Shown: positions 17,799-26,614 of the stretch, one piece after another
How the letters are laid out: every line of letters starts with the position of its first letter
How positions within the stretch are numbered: the first letter of the stretch is position 1
Origin: Thermoplasmatota archaeon
GTDB taxonomy: Archaea; Thermoplasmatota; Penumbrarchaeia; Penumbrarchaeales; Penumbrarchaeaceae
Length of the DNA stretch: 46,949 nucleotides
NCBI GenBank assembly: GCA_048569615.1
Contig: JBLIRK010000024.1
Coordinates: 1-46,949, forward strand
Direction of reading: 5' to 3'
Notes under the pieces: model-generated
What the model saw: only the letters and a program-made list of their open reading frames with translations
Databases searched by the model: none
Told to the model about the DNA's origin: nothing
Made by a program: the position numbers and the translations under genes

Positions 17799-18469
17799 AT
17801 CACCCTCGCCTCCTGTATGATGTACCTTGCATTGAATGGGCCCTCCTCGAACACCGATCCCTTGACCTCCAATCTTTTCTTGTATAGGGGCGCCTCGATC
17901 ACCAGGGTCTCGGCCTCCCCGCCCTCGAAGGCAGGGTGGGCCCCCCACCTGTCTGAAAGCCCGAAGAACCTCTCCATTTCGGTCTCGCCTACAACCCTCC
18001 CCAGGTCCGATACGGAAAAACCCTCCGAAGCGTAGGAGAGCAGTATGAACTTGAAACCGGATCCAATGAGGTCCTTCATGAATCTTTTTCCGTCCTTTCT
18101 CCAAAGCGGTGCATACGAAACCAATCCTGCATCGGAAGCTGCATGGGTGAATGCCATCCTCTGATAATCGGAGAGGAGCGCTCCGGCGCAGATGCCGTCG
18201 AGATCGAACTCCTCTCTCAGTGCGATCAATGCGCCTGTGAGAGCTGGCAGCTCCTCTTCCTCAGTGCCTATGTCAAGGATCCTGGTCCTTATTCCGGTAA
18301 GCTCCTGGAAGTGGTGGGCTATCTCCATTCCCGGACCCTGATAGAGGAGGGGGTGCGGGTCCGACGGTCTGATGGTCAGAAGCACCGGGACGTCGAAACC
18401 GGAAAGGAGCATCCTGTGCAGCGAATAGCTGGAATCCTTTCCCCCGCTGAACAGGCAGCACACCCTCAT
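17795..18469 (-). CDS. dph6: Diphthine-ammonia ligase (Dph6, PP-loop ATPase of the MJ0570 family)
   Basis: The N-terminus MRVCCLFSGGKDSSYSL carries the SGGxDS PP-loop. The size, about 224 aa, is typical. Confidence 0.75.
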   Translation of the reverse strand: MRVCCLFSGGKDSSYSLHRMLLSGFDVPVLLTIRPSDPHPLLYQGPGMEIAHHFQELTGIRTRILDIGTEEEELPALTGALIALREEFDLDGICAGALLSDYQRMAFTHAASDAGLVSYAPLWRKDGKRFMKDLIGSGFKFILLSYASEGFSVSDLGRVVGETEMERFFGLSDRWGAHPAFEGGEAETLVIEAPLYKKRLEVKGSVFEEGPFNARYIIQEARVI

Positions 18470-18502
18470 GCGGCCCTTAATGTTCTCATCAGTATTTGAC
18501 CA

Positions 18503-19618
18503 TTACATGAGGTTCTCGGGGTTCAATCCCTTGAGCTCGTCGATGACGAACATGCCGTCCTTCCTGATGAGGACGTCGTCGAAGTAGAGCTCACCGCCCC
18601 CCCAATCCTTGGTCTGGATCAGCACTATGTCCCAGTGGACCTTGGAGCTGTTGCCGTTTGGGGCCATGTCGTAGGAATTCCCAGGTGTGAAATGGATGGA
18701 TCCCGCGATCTTCTCGTCGAAGAGGGTGTCCAGCATTGGCTTGGTCACGTATGGATTGACGCCAACAGCGAATTCGCCGACGTGCCTCGCACCCTCATCG
18801 GTGTCCAGGATCTTGTTCAGGGCCTCCGTGTTGTTCGCCGTTGCCTCTATGATCTTGCCGTCCTTGAACTTCAGCTTCACATCGGAGAAGACCTTCCCGT
18901 CGTAGAGCGTCTGGGTGTTGTAGTGGATGACTCCGTTTACGGAATCCTTCACCGGCGCGGTGAACACCTCGCCGTCCGGGATGTTGAGCTCCCCGTCGCA
19001 TTTTATGACGGGGATGTCCTTAATCGAGAACTCGAGGTCCGTCCCGGGAGCCACTATCCTCACCTTATCGGTCCTCTCCATGAGCTCCTTGAGGGGGTCC
19101 ATGGCCTTGGACATCTTCGTGTAGTCCATGGTGCAGGTCTCGAAGTAGAAGTCCTCGAAGGCTTCTGTGGACATCTTTGCCTGCTGGGCCATTGACGATG
19201 ACGGCCATCTGAGCACAACCCATCTCGTATGGGGGACCCTGTACTGGATATGGACGGGTCCGAACCAGTGCTTCTTGTACAACTCCATCTTGTCCGCCGG
19301 GACATCCGAGGTCTCGGTGATGTTGTGGGAGCCCCTGAGCCCGATGTATGCGTCGCACCTCTTCATGATGTCGAGCTCTATCTCGCCTATCATCTGCATC
19401 GTTTCATCATCCGCTCCCATGTAGAATTTCCTCAGCACCTTGGCGAACCTCTGGGAGACTATGGGGCGCCCGCCGACCTCATACACCTTGCCCACGAGAA
19501 TCTCGACCATCTCTTGGGGAATGTCGAATGTCTCGATGTAAATGGTCTCTCCCTTCTGGAGCCTGGTCGAGTGGTCGATTAGAACGTCTGCCAGCTTCTT
19601 GAACCTCGGATCGTACAT
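18503..19618 (-). CDS. M29-family aminopeptidase (AmpS/PepS-like thermophilic metalloaminopeptidase)
   Basis: The 370-aa ORF shows overall similarity to aminopeptidase T/S, including ...HVGEFAVGVNP...GSIHFTPGNSYD. The start is placed at the ATG at 19618 (MYDPRFKKLADVLIDH), with a TTAAATAA TATA-like element about 35 nt upstream on the minus strand. Confidence 0.75.
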   Translation of the reverse strand: MYDPRFKKLADVLIDHSTRLQKGETIYIETFDIPQEMVEILVGKVYEVGGRPIVSQRFAKVLRKFYMGADDETMQMIGEIELDIMKRCDAYIGLRGSHNITETSDVPADKMELYKKHWFGPVHIQYRVPHTRWVVLRWPSSSMAQQAKMSTEAFEDFYFETCTMDYTKMSKAMDPLKELMERTDKVRIVAPGTDLEFSIKDIPVIKCDGELNIPDGEVFTAPVKDSVNGVIHYNTQTLYDGKVFSDVKLKFKDGKIIEATANNTEALNKILDTDEGARHVGEFAVGVNPYVTKPMLDTLFDEKIAGSIHFTPGNSYDMAPNGNSSKVHWDIVLIQTKDWGGGELYFDDVLIRKDGMFVIDELKGLNPENLM

Positions 19619-19743
19619 TTGAGCACCTGAGGGGGGGAAAGAGAAAACCATTATTTAACCGAATTCCCACCTAGGGACCTTCATACGGTCGAGCGAAGCG
19701 GTTATCTATCATACTGCCATTCATCTCTGGGGTCATAAGGTCC

Positions 19744-21363
19744 ATGGAGAGAAGGAGACAGCACAGGGTCCCCGAAAGAGGCATCAACAGGAGAGCGACG
19801 AGGAGGCCTGCGGGAGATCTTTCCTCAACATCATCACGCAAGGATGTCTGGCGGAACGAGATGGAGGATGACGTCGATATTGGATCGGTAACTGATTTCC
19901 TGACGAGGAACTGGCTCGTGGTTTCCATAGTGCTAATAGGCATCTCGCTGCGGATCATGCTCCTGAACCATGAATCCTTCTGGATAGACGAGGCTATGAC
20001 AGGACTCAGGTCGAGGTGGGATTTCACATACATGATGGACGAGGTCACTATGCAGGACCAGATGCCACTGTATTTCACCTTTACCTGGCTTGTATCCTCT
20101 TTATTGGGGAACTCAGTCCTTGTCCTCAGAGGACTTTCGGTGATCTTCGGAGTTCTGGCATTCATTCCGATCTACAAGATAGGGATGAGGTTCAGCAGGG
20201 AGGCGGCGGTCATTGCCCTGGCCCTCTTCGCCTTCAGTCCGACCATGTTGTACTATTCCCAGGAGGCCAGAATGTACATGCCCATGGTCCTGCTCTCAGC
20301 ATGCTCCATTTATTTCTATTTGGAGTTCATCGATCCGCGGAAGATGAAGAGATCCATGTCCGGCTTCCTGATGATGGTCTTCAACGTGATGCTGATATAC
20401 GTCCATTATTTCGGAGCATTGTTCGTCGCTCTTCAGCTGACCGCATTGTTCGCGACATTGACCATTAGATCGATCAAGGCCAAGGAAGGGATCAGGCTGC
20501 TTCAAAATATCAAGGGTTCGTGGCCTCTTCTTGCTTCAATGGCCTCATTCATCCCATGGCTGATTTTCCAGCAGGTGAAATATTCGATATCTGACAAGTC
20601 AACCGGAGGCTCAATGGGACTGAGATTGGGGCTCGTCCCTGAAACCTTTACTTTCATCGGAGGTAATTATACCTCCGTTCTGAAATATGATTCGACCTTG
20701 GCGATCATCACTGGATACATATTCCTGACCGCTGCCGGAATCGCGGTCATCTATCTTCTTTTAAAAAAGGAAAAGGAGCATGATCTTGCATCCATACTGA
20801 TACTGGGTCTGACAATGATGATATTCTCACCCATCATCGTCATGGCCCTATCCCGGGTGCTAACACCGATGTACAACCACAGATACTTCGTGTTCCTGGC
20901 ACCATTGTTTCTTCTTTTCATCTCAATAGCTCTTTCGACTTTCCTCAAAAAGCTCGACCGAACATGGAGATCTGCGCTAATCGCAGCATTGATCATTGTA
21001 CTTATCGTACCTTCGGTCGTAACAGACTATGACCAGCTCTCGTGCCGAAACAAGGAGGATTGGGAAGGTGGGATAGAATTCATACTTGAGAACAGGGAAT
21101 CAGGTGATGTTGTCGTCCCATTTCCCGATTACCAGCATCTGCTTCTATCCTACTATACAAGTGATCTTGAGATAAGATTGATGGAAGGCAGGGCCAATTG
21201 GTCCCAATTCCTGGATGATCATGACCGGGTATGGGTGATTTTCAACGAAGTTGACCATATTGATGACCAGGATTTGATAATGGAATTGAATTTATGGCAC
21301 ATGGAGGAATACGCAAAGGAAGGGATCGCCATCCGGCTCTATGTGAAGTATACGAACATGTGA
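19744..21363 (+). CDS. GT-C glycosyltransferase of the GT39/GT83 (PMT/ArnT-like) family
   Basis: SFWIDEAMTG in the first extracytoplasmic loop is the DE motif of GT-C enzymes. There are at least 10 TM helices and a C-terminal soluble domain. An alternative start is the ATG at 19861 (MEDDVD...), since the R-rich first 39 aa may be spurious. GC is about 45%. Confidence 0.65.
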   Translation: MERRRQHRVPERGINRRATRRPAGDLSSTSSRKDVWRNEMEDDVDIGSVTDFLTRNWLVVSIVLIGISLRIMLLNHESFWIDEAMTGLRSRWDFTYMMDEVTMQDQMPLYFTFTWLVSSLLGNSVLVLRGLSVIFGVLAFIPIYKIGMRFSREAAVIALALFAFSPTMLYYSQEARMYMPMVLLSACSIYFYLEFIDPRKMKRSMSGFLMMVFNVMLIYVHYFGALFVALQLTALFATLTIRSIKAKEGIRLLQNIKGSWPLLASMASFIPWLIFQQVKYSISDKSTGGSMGLRLGLVPETFTFIGGNYTSVLKYDSTLAIITGYIFLTAAGIAVIYLLLKKEKEHDLASILILGLTMMIFSPIIVMALSRVLTPMYNHRYFVFLAPLFLLFISIALSTFLKKLDRTWRSALIAALIIVLIVPSVVTDYDQLSCRNKEDWEGGIEFILENRESGDVVVPFPDYQHLLLSYYTSDLEIRLMEGRANWSQFLDDHDRVWVIFNEVDHIDDQDLIMELNLWHMEEYAKEGIAIRLYVKYTNM

Positions 21364-21416
21364 TCTTGAAATAATATTCAATTAGAAGCAAGAAAAAAAG
21401 GGAGTTGATCCAGCCA

Positions 21417-23093
21417 ATGACAATTAATGGAAAGGGGTCGTTCGTTTTCATTGTATTATTTTTCTGCCTCCTTCTACAGGGTACCAGTGTACTTTCGCTC
21501 TTCTACCAGGATGACATCGGAAGATGTGATGACCCGATCGACTATTCGGAGTTGAGGGAATTCATAGACGGCAGGATGGTCGGTTACTCGTCGGGTGTGA
21601 CAGGAAGCAAGGATAATGGAGTTGTGACGCTGAAAGCATCGGTCACGGGGAAGAACCTTCTCATCAATAACTATGATGGATACAGCATCGAGATCCCCCC
21701 TGAATGGCAGATGGATGACAATGAGTACGAATATGTTGTTCACCTACGGGACGACTCCATGAAATTAACTATTTTCAAACACGGATACAATCTTACTTCC
21801 GTTGGGATCAACAATTACCTTTCATATTCATACGTCAATGTCAGGAAGGACTACGGACCGATCACCCACATCTCGGACGACATAATGGTCATCGGAGATA
21901 TTGAGTTCCGGACGGTAACATTCACAAGGGATGAGATATCGACCATTGACAATGATATGAACTTTTACAGGCATTACCATCATGTCAACGGGAACAGGTC
22001 GGTCTTCACGTTCTCTATGAAGACGAATGAAAAGAACTGGAATTCATCGGTGATACAGCTGGAATCCTCTTTGGAGAGCTTTGATTTCTGGGAAGTGGAG
22101 CCAGGGTCGGATACCTCACCAGTTCCGGAGAGGGAGGTCCATGGCATCGAGCTTGCAGGTTCGAAGACTGAGCTGATCATTCCCGATGAAAAAAAGGTCT
22201 TCGGTATTTTCCATAAGATGCATGATGAATACTGGTCCGAGATCTCCGATCTCCAAAGGGAACTGGATTTCGAATTCCATTTCGTAATGGACTACTTCAA
22301 TTTCAAAATGACATTCCACCGGGCGGAGGAATACATTCACAAGCACTACCGGGAGGGGAACTTGATGCTGATCACCCTCCAACCTTACACCTCATCCCAT
22401 GGAGAGGATTACGACGGGAACGTCGTGCTTATGGATGTCCTCAACGGAGCCTACGATCAGTTCCTATACGATTGGGCAAAGGGTCTCAGGGACCTTGACG
22501 AACCGGTCTTCCTAAGGTTCGGGAACGAGATGAACGGAGATTGGGCCCAGTGGTGCTCGTGGTTCTACGGCTTGGACCCGGACCTCTTCGTCATGGCGTG
22601 GATAAGGGTTCATTCGATCTTCGATTTTGCCGGAGCGGAGAATGTGATCTTCGTATGGAATCCCAACGACAGGACGTATCCCGACTACGATTGGCAAGCC
22701 CCTTGCCTGTACTATCCGGGCGATGACATGGTGGATTGGATCGGGATCACGGCTTACAATAACGGCGTCACCCGCCCCACCGAGTTCTGGAGGGAGTTCG
22801 AGGAATGCTATTCGGATCTGTATGACGATTACATGAGGCGCTTCTCTTCCAAGCCCTTCATGATAACCGAGTTCGCCTGCAACGAGATCGGAGGCGACAA
22901 GGCCGAATGGATCAGGACCGGGCTCAAGTCACTGTTCGAGGACTACCCGAACATATGGATGGCCGTATGGTGGAACGGTGTTGACGAAACATGGATCTAC
23001 GATATCGACTCCTCGGAGAGCTCCCTGAAGGCGTTCAAGGAAGCCTTAGAGCATCCCGCAGTCCTGAAGGATCCGGTAAAACGGGAAACATGA
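21417..23093 (+). CDS. Secreted glycoside hydrolase with a clan GH-A, GH26-like (beta-mannanase-type) C-terminal domain
   Basis: The signal peptide is MTINGKGSFVFIVLFFCLLLQG. VFLRFGNEMNGDWAQW matches the GH26 acid/base region R-F-x-H/N-E-x-N and PFMITEFACNE matches the ITE nucleophile region. The start is the ATG at 21417 with AGGGAG upstream. Confidence 0.6.
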   Translation: MTINGKGSFVFIVLFFCLLLQGTSVLSLFYQDDIGRCDDPIDYSELREFIDGRMVGYSSGVTGSKDNGVVTLKASVTGKNLLINNYDGYSIEIPPEWQMDDNEYEYVVHLRDDSMKLTIFKHGYNLTSVGINNYLSYSYVNVRKDYGPITHISDDIMVIGDIEFRTVTFTRDEISTIDNDMNFYRHYHHVNGNRSVFTFSMKTNEKNWNSSVIQLESSLESFDFWEVEPGSDTSPVPEREVHGIELAGSKTELIIPDEKKVFGIFHKMHDEYWSEISDLQRELDFEFHFVMDYFNFKMTFHRAEEYIHKHYREGNLMLITLQPYTSSHGEDYDGNVVLMDVLNGAYDQFLYDWAKGLRDLDEPVFLRFGNEMNGDWAQWCSWFYGLDPDLFVMAWIRVHSIFDFAGAENVIFVWNPNDRTYPDYDWQAPCLYYPGDDMVDWIGITAYNNGVTRPTEFWREFEECYSDLYDDYMRRFSSKPFMITEFACNEIGGDKAEWIRTGLKSLFEDYPNIWMAVWWNGVDETWIYDIDSSESSLKAFKEALEHPAVLKDPVKRET

Positions 23094-23257
23094 TCCTGTA
23101 ACAAATACCGGGCGATGCGGTTTCATGTGATAAAAAAGGTTAATAACTCTGTAAGCAGCTGAAATATCGGGAAGCGGCGGTCAATAGGTATCCTCGGTTT
23201 TATAGTTCCTCGCTAGACCAGTTGAATTGTCGAGCCGTTAGGGCTGCCGCTTCCATC

Positions 23258-23308
23258 CATTTTTAAGAAAAAAATCGAGGGCGGGGGGAGCACCCTCTCC
23301 CCGCCCCG
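23258..23308 (-). terminator. GC-rich hairpin plus T-run downstream of the thermosome gene
   Basis: On the minus strand, GGGGCGGGGAGAGGGTGCTCCCCCCGCCC is followed by TCGATTTTTTTCTTAAAAA, immediately 3' of the stop at 23330. Confidence 0.45.
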
Positions 23309-23329
23309 TGTTCACTTGGAAGCCGGAAC

Positions 23330-24978
23330 TCAGTAGTCCATGTCTCCCATTCCGCCGCCCATGCCGCCCGGCGGCATTCCGCCCGGAGGCATGCCGCCCT
23401 TGTCGCTGGACTTGGAGGCGATCACGTCATCGATCCTGAGGACCATGTTGGCGGTCTCGGTTGCCGCCTGGATGGCCTGGGTGCCGACCCTGAGGGGCTC
23501 GAGGACGCTGAGCGACCTCATGTCCTCGATCTGGCCGGTGTAGACGTTCACGCCGTGGAACGGCTTTCCGTCGGAGTGTGCCTTGTTGATGTCGATGATG
23601 GTGCTTATGGGATCAAGGCCGGCGTTCTCCGCCAGGGTCCTCGGGACCACCTCGAGGGCGGTTGCGAAGGCCTCGATGGCGAACTGCTCCCTGCCGCCGG
23701 TCTTGATCGCAAACGACCTGAGCTCCCTTGCGATCTCCACGGCTGCGGCTCCGCCGCCGGCGGTCATCTTTCCGTCCTCGATGGCGACTGCAACGGTGGA
23801 GAGGGCGTCGTGCAGGCCCCTCTCGATCTCGTCTATGACGTGCTCGGAGGCTCCCCTTATGAGAATGGAGACCGCCTTGGCATTTGAGCAGCCGGTGACG
23901 AAGGTCATCTCATCGCCGCCGATCTTCTTCTCCTCCACTGCACCGGAGGTTCCGAGGTCCTCCGCGGTGAGGTCCTCTATGTTGGAAACGATCTTGGCGC
24001 CGGTGGCCTTTGCCAGCTTCTCCATATCGGACTTCTTGACCCTCCTGACGGCGAAGATGCCCTTCTTTGCCATGAAGTGCTGGGCAAGGTCGTCGATTCC
24101 CTTCTGGCAGAAGACGACGTTGGCTCCGGAGGCCTCAACGTTGGAGACCATCTTCCTCAGTATGTTCTCTTCGTTCTCCAGGAAGGCCTGGAACTGCGTG
24201 GGGTCGGTGATCTGGATCTTTGCATCAACCTCGGTCTTCTTGACCTCGAAGGCAGCGTTGACCAGGGCTATCCTGGGATTCTTCATCAAGGTGGGCATTC
24301 CCTCGTGGACCCTTTCCTTGTCCACGATTATTCCCTCGATGAGCTCCGTATCCTTGATGGAGCCGCCCTGCTTCTTCTCGACCTTGATGTTGTCTATGTC
24401 GGCCTTCTTCTTTCCTTCCCTCTCCTCGACGATGGACTGGACAGCCCTGACTGCGATATCTGCCAGGAGCTCCTTCTTGTCCCCGGCGGACTTGCCGGTC
24501 ATTGAGGTCTTGGCTATCTTGAGCAGAGCCTCGTTATCATCCTCGATGTTCATGGCTATGCCGTTGAGCACATCCACAGCCTTCTCGGCCGCGAGCCTGT
24601 AGCCCTCGGTGATGAGGGTGGGGTGGATGTTCTTCTCGATGAGGGTCTCGGCGAGCTTGAGCAGCTCTCCGGCGAAGATGACCGCGGTGGTGGTCCCGTC
24701 GCCGCACTGCTCGTCCTGTGTCTTTGCCACCTCGATGACCATCTTGGCAGCCGGATGCTCCACGTCGACCTCCTTGAGGATGGTGACACCGTCGTTGGTG
24801 ATGACGACATCTCCCATGGAATCAACGAGCATCTTGTCCATACCCTTGGGGCCCAGGGTCGTCCTGACCGCATCGGCTATGGCCTTTGCGGCGGAGATGT
24901 TGTTGAACTGGGCTCCCTTTCCTGATTTCCTATCCGTTCCTTCTTTCAGAACCAGAATTGGTGTTCCTCCTGCATACA
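23330..24978 (-). CDS. ths: Thermosome subunit (group II chaperonin)
   Basis: The protein starts [24 protein letters not shown] at the ATG at 24978, with an AGGAGG ribosome-binding site. GDGTTT and other equatorial ATPase motifs are present. The C-terminal [22 protein letters not shown] tail is the classic GGM repeat. The track's 35-aa N-terminal extension runs into the promoter. Confidence 0.92.
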
Positions 24979-25026
24979 TATCTATCGTTACCTCCTCAAT
25001 TTTCGGGGTTGTGACTGTATAGGACA

Positions 25027-25075
25027 CTTCTATAAATAAGTTTCTCGGAGCTGTGGCTTCTATAAATATATTTCT
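25027..25075. promoter_or_regulatory. Tandem direct repeat of a TATA-like element upstream of the thermosome gene
   Basis: cttctataaataagtttct at 25027-25045 and cttctataaatatatttct at 25057-25075 are 17/19 identical with a 30-bp period. They lie 50-100 nt upstream of the ATG at 24978 on the minus strand. Confidence 0.4.
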
Positions 25076-25267
25076 GAACTTCAAGTTGTAAACTGAAAAT
25101 TAATAAAAATACCTCGTAATCATTCTGGAAAGCAATTCATTTATATATCATACTGTTTTGGAGGAGGGTTGGGAGATCACAACCTTTCACCCAACGAGGT
25201 AGATCCGTCATGAACGAGGAAGAACCGCACCAACGATGGACCGCAGGAGGAATGAGCCCTGGCACTC

Positions 25268-26557
25268 ATGGGAGCGACCGTTATAAGGTCAGATGCCTCG
25301 AACCCAGCCTCGGCTCTGCTCAAAAGGTCCGTCAATAGGCTCCCCGACCGGATCAAACCCGAAACCTCCCTTCTTCTCCAATCCTTCTGGATACTGCTTG
25401 TCTGCGGACTGATAGACCTATTCCCCGGGTATTTTCTCGGCCAGTACGAGAGGCTTCTCATCATGGTTCCGGGACTTTTGATGATCCTTCCGCCCACCGT
25501 GGGCCTGAGGGGCAACATATTCGGAGCTCTTGCGTCCAGGCTCAGCTCCAAGCTCCACCTCGGCACCATCGAGCCCCGTTTCCGCCAGAACAAGGAATTG
25601 AGGGTTCAGCTGATGACATCCGCTATCCAGCTTATGCTACTCTCAGTGGCGATACCTGCGGTCGGACTGGTTGTAGGACTGCTTTTCGGACTGGAGATGG
25701 CAGGGGCGCACGAGCTTCTGTTCATCTCCATCCTCGCAGGGGCCGTTTCAGGATTGCTGATGTTCGGAATTTCCTTCGGGATAACCTTCCTGACCTTCAG
25801 GAGGGGATGGGATCCCGATAATGTGTCCGCCCCCATTATCGCTTCCACCGGCGACATACTGACCATACCGATACTCTTCTTCTGCGCATGGCTTGTCATC
25901 CATCTGCCTTCGGCCCTCGTTTGGGTCCTGGGGATCGGTCTCATGCTCCTCATCATCTCCATCTCGCTTGCTGTCTCTATGAGGGGAGCCCTGACGCCAA
26001 AGGTGATACTGAGGCAGGCTTTCCCCATCGCGCTCATAGCTGTTGTGATATCGACATTTTCGGGACTTGTCCTGGGGGCTTCCTTCGATTCATTGCTCAA
26101 GGGGACCATCTTCCTGATAATGATACCCGCATTCAACGGCCAGGGGGGGTCCATGGGCTCGATCCTGGGCTCCAGGGTAACATCAGCGGCATATCTCGGA
26201 CTCCACAAGCTCACCCTCAAACCAAACCAGCTTGCCGTATCTTCCATGATCTCTCTATGGCTGATCTCGCTTGTCGTTTTCTCGGTCCTCGGAGCTGGGG
26301 GAGCCATTATCGGAGTGATGGCGGGAATGGGCCTCCCTCCGATCCTCCAGCTGGCGATGATAGTGATCATCGGATCAACATTGATCACGGTCCTGACGTC
26401 TGCAGCGGCATATTACACCGCCTATGCATCCTTTAAGACCGGACTTGATCCCGACAATGTCGTGATCCCGATGCTCACGGCGGGCATGGACGTCGTGGGT
26501 TCGGGGTCCCTCGTCATCGGTATCGCCCTGACGGGGATGCTGTTCGTTACGATATAG
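25268..26557 (+). CDS. MgtE/SLC41-like divalent-cation transporter with two tandem MgtE membrane domains
   Basis: There are two repeats, each with ...GDILTIPILF... or ...GLDPDNV...P..TA..D.... The DPDNV motif appears at both GWDPDNVSAPIIASTGD and GLDPDNVVIPMLTAGMD. There are about 10 TM helices and no cytosolic MgtE_N/CBS domains. Confidence 0.7.
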   Translation: MGATVIRSDASNPASALLKRSVNRLPDRIKPETSLLLQSFWILLVCGLIDLFPGYFLGQYERLLIMVPGLLMILPPTVGLRGNIFGALASRLSSKLHLGTIEPRFRQNKELRVQLMTSAIQLMLLSVAIPAVGLVVGLLFGLEMAGAHELLFISILAGAVSGLLMFGISFGITFLTFRRGWDPDNVSAPIIASTGDILTIPILFFCAWLVIHLPSALVWVLGIGLMLLIISISLAVSMRGALTPKVILRQAFPIALIAVVISTFSGLVLGASFDSLLKGTIFLIMIPAFNGQGGSMGSILGSRVTSAAYLGLHKLTLKPNQLAVSSMISLWLISLVVFSVLGAGGAIIGVMAGMGLPPILQLAMIVIIGSTLITVLTSAAAYYTAYASFKTGLDPDNVVIPMLTAGMDVVGSGSLVIGIALTGMLFVTI

Positions 26558-26614
26558 GAAACCGTTATCTAATGGAGCTTCTTTCTCCCGCGTGGTGTTG
26601 TATTGACCGACGAC

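Noticed and set aside
23169-23251. Possible tRNA or C/D-box sRNA in the inverted-repeat region
   Set aside because: I could not fit a cloverleaf. It has no proper D-loop or anticodon arm, no T-loop GTTCRA, and no C box (RUGAUGA). It is retained only as a generic structured element in the findings.
23583-24602. 339-aa plus-strand ORF, and 24077..24505, 24609..25022
   Set aside because: They are antisense shadows of the thermosome gene. They are S/A/P-rich with no motif.
25606-26388. 260-aa minus-strand ORF
   Set aside because: It is antisense to the MgtE/SLC41-like transporter gene.
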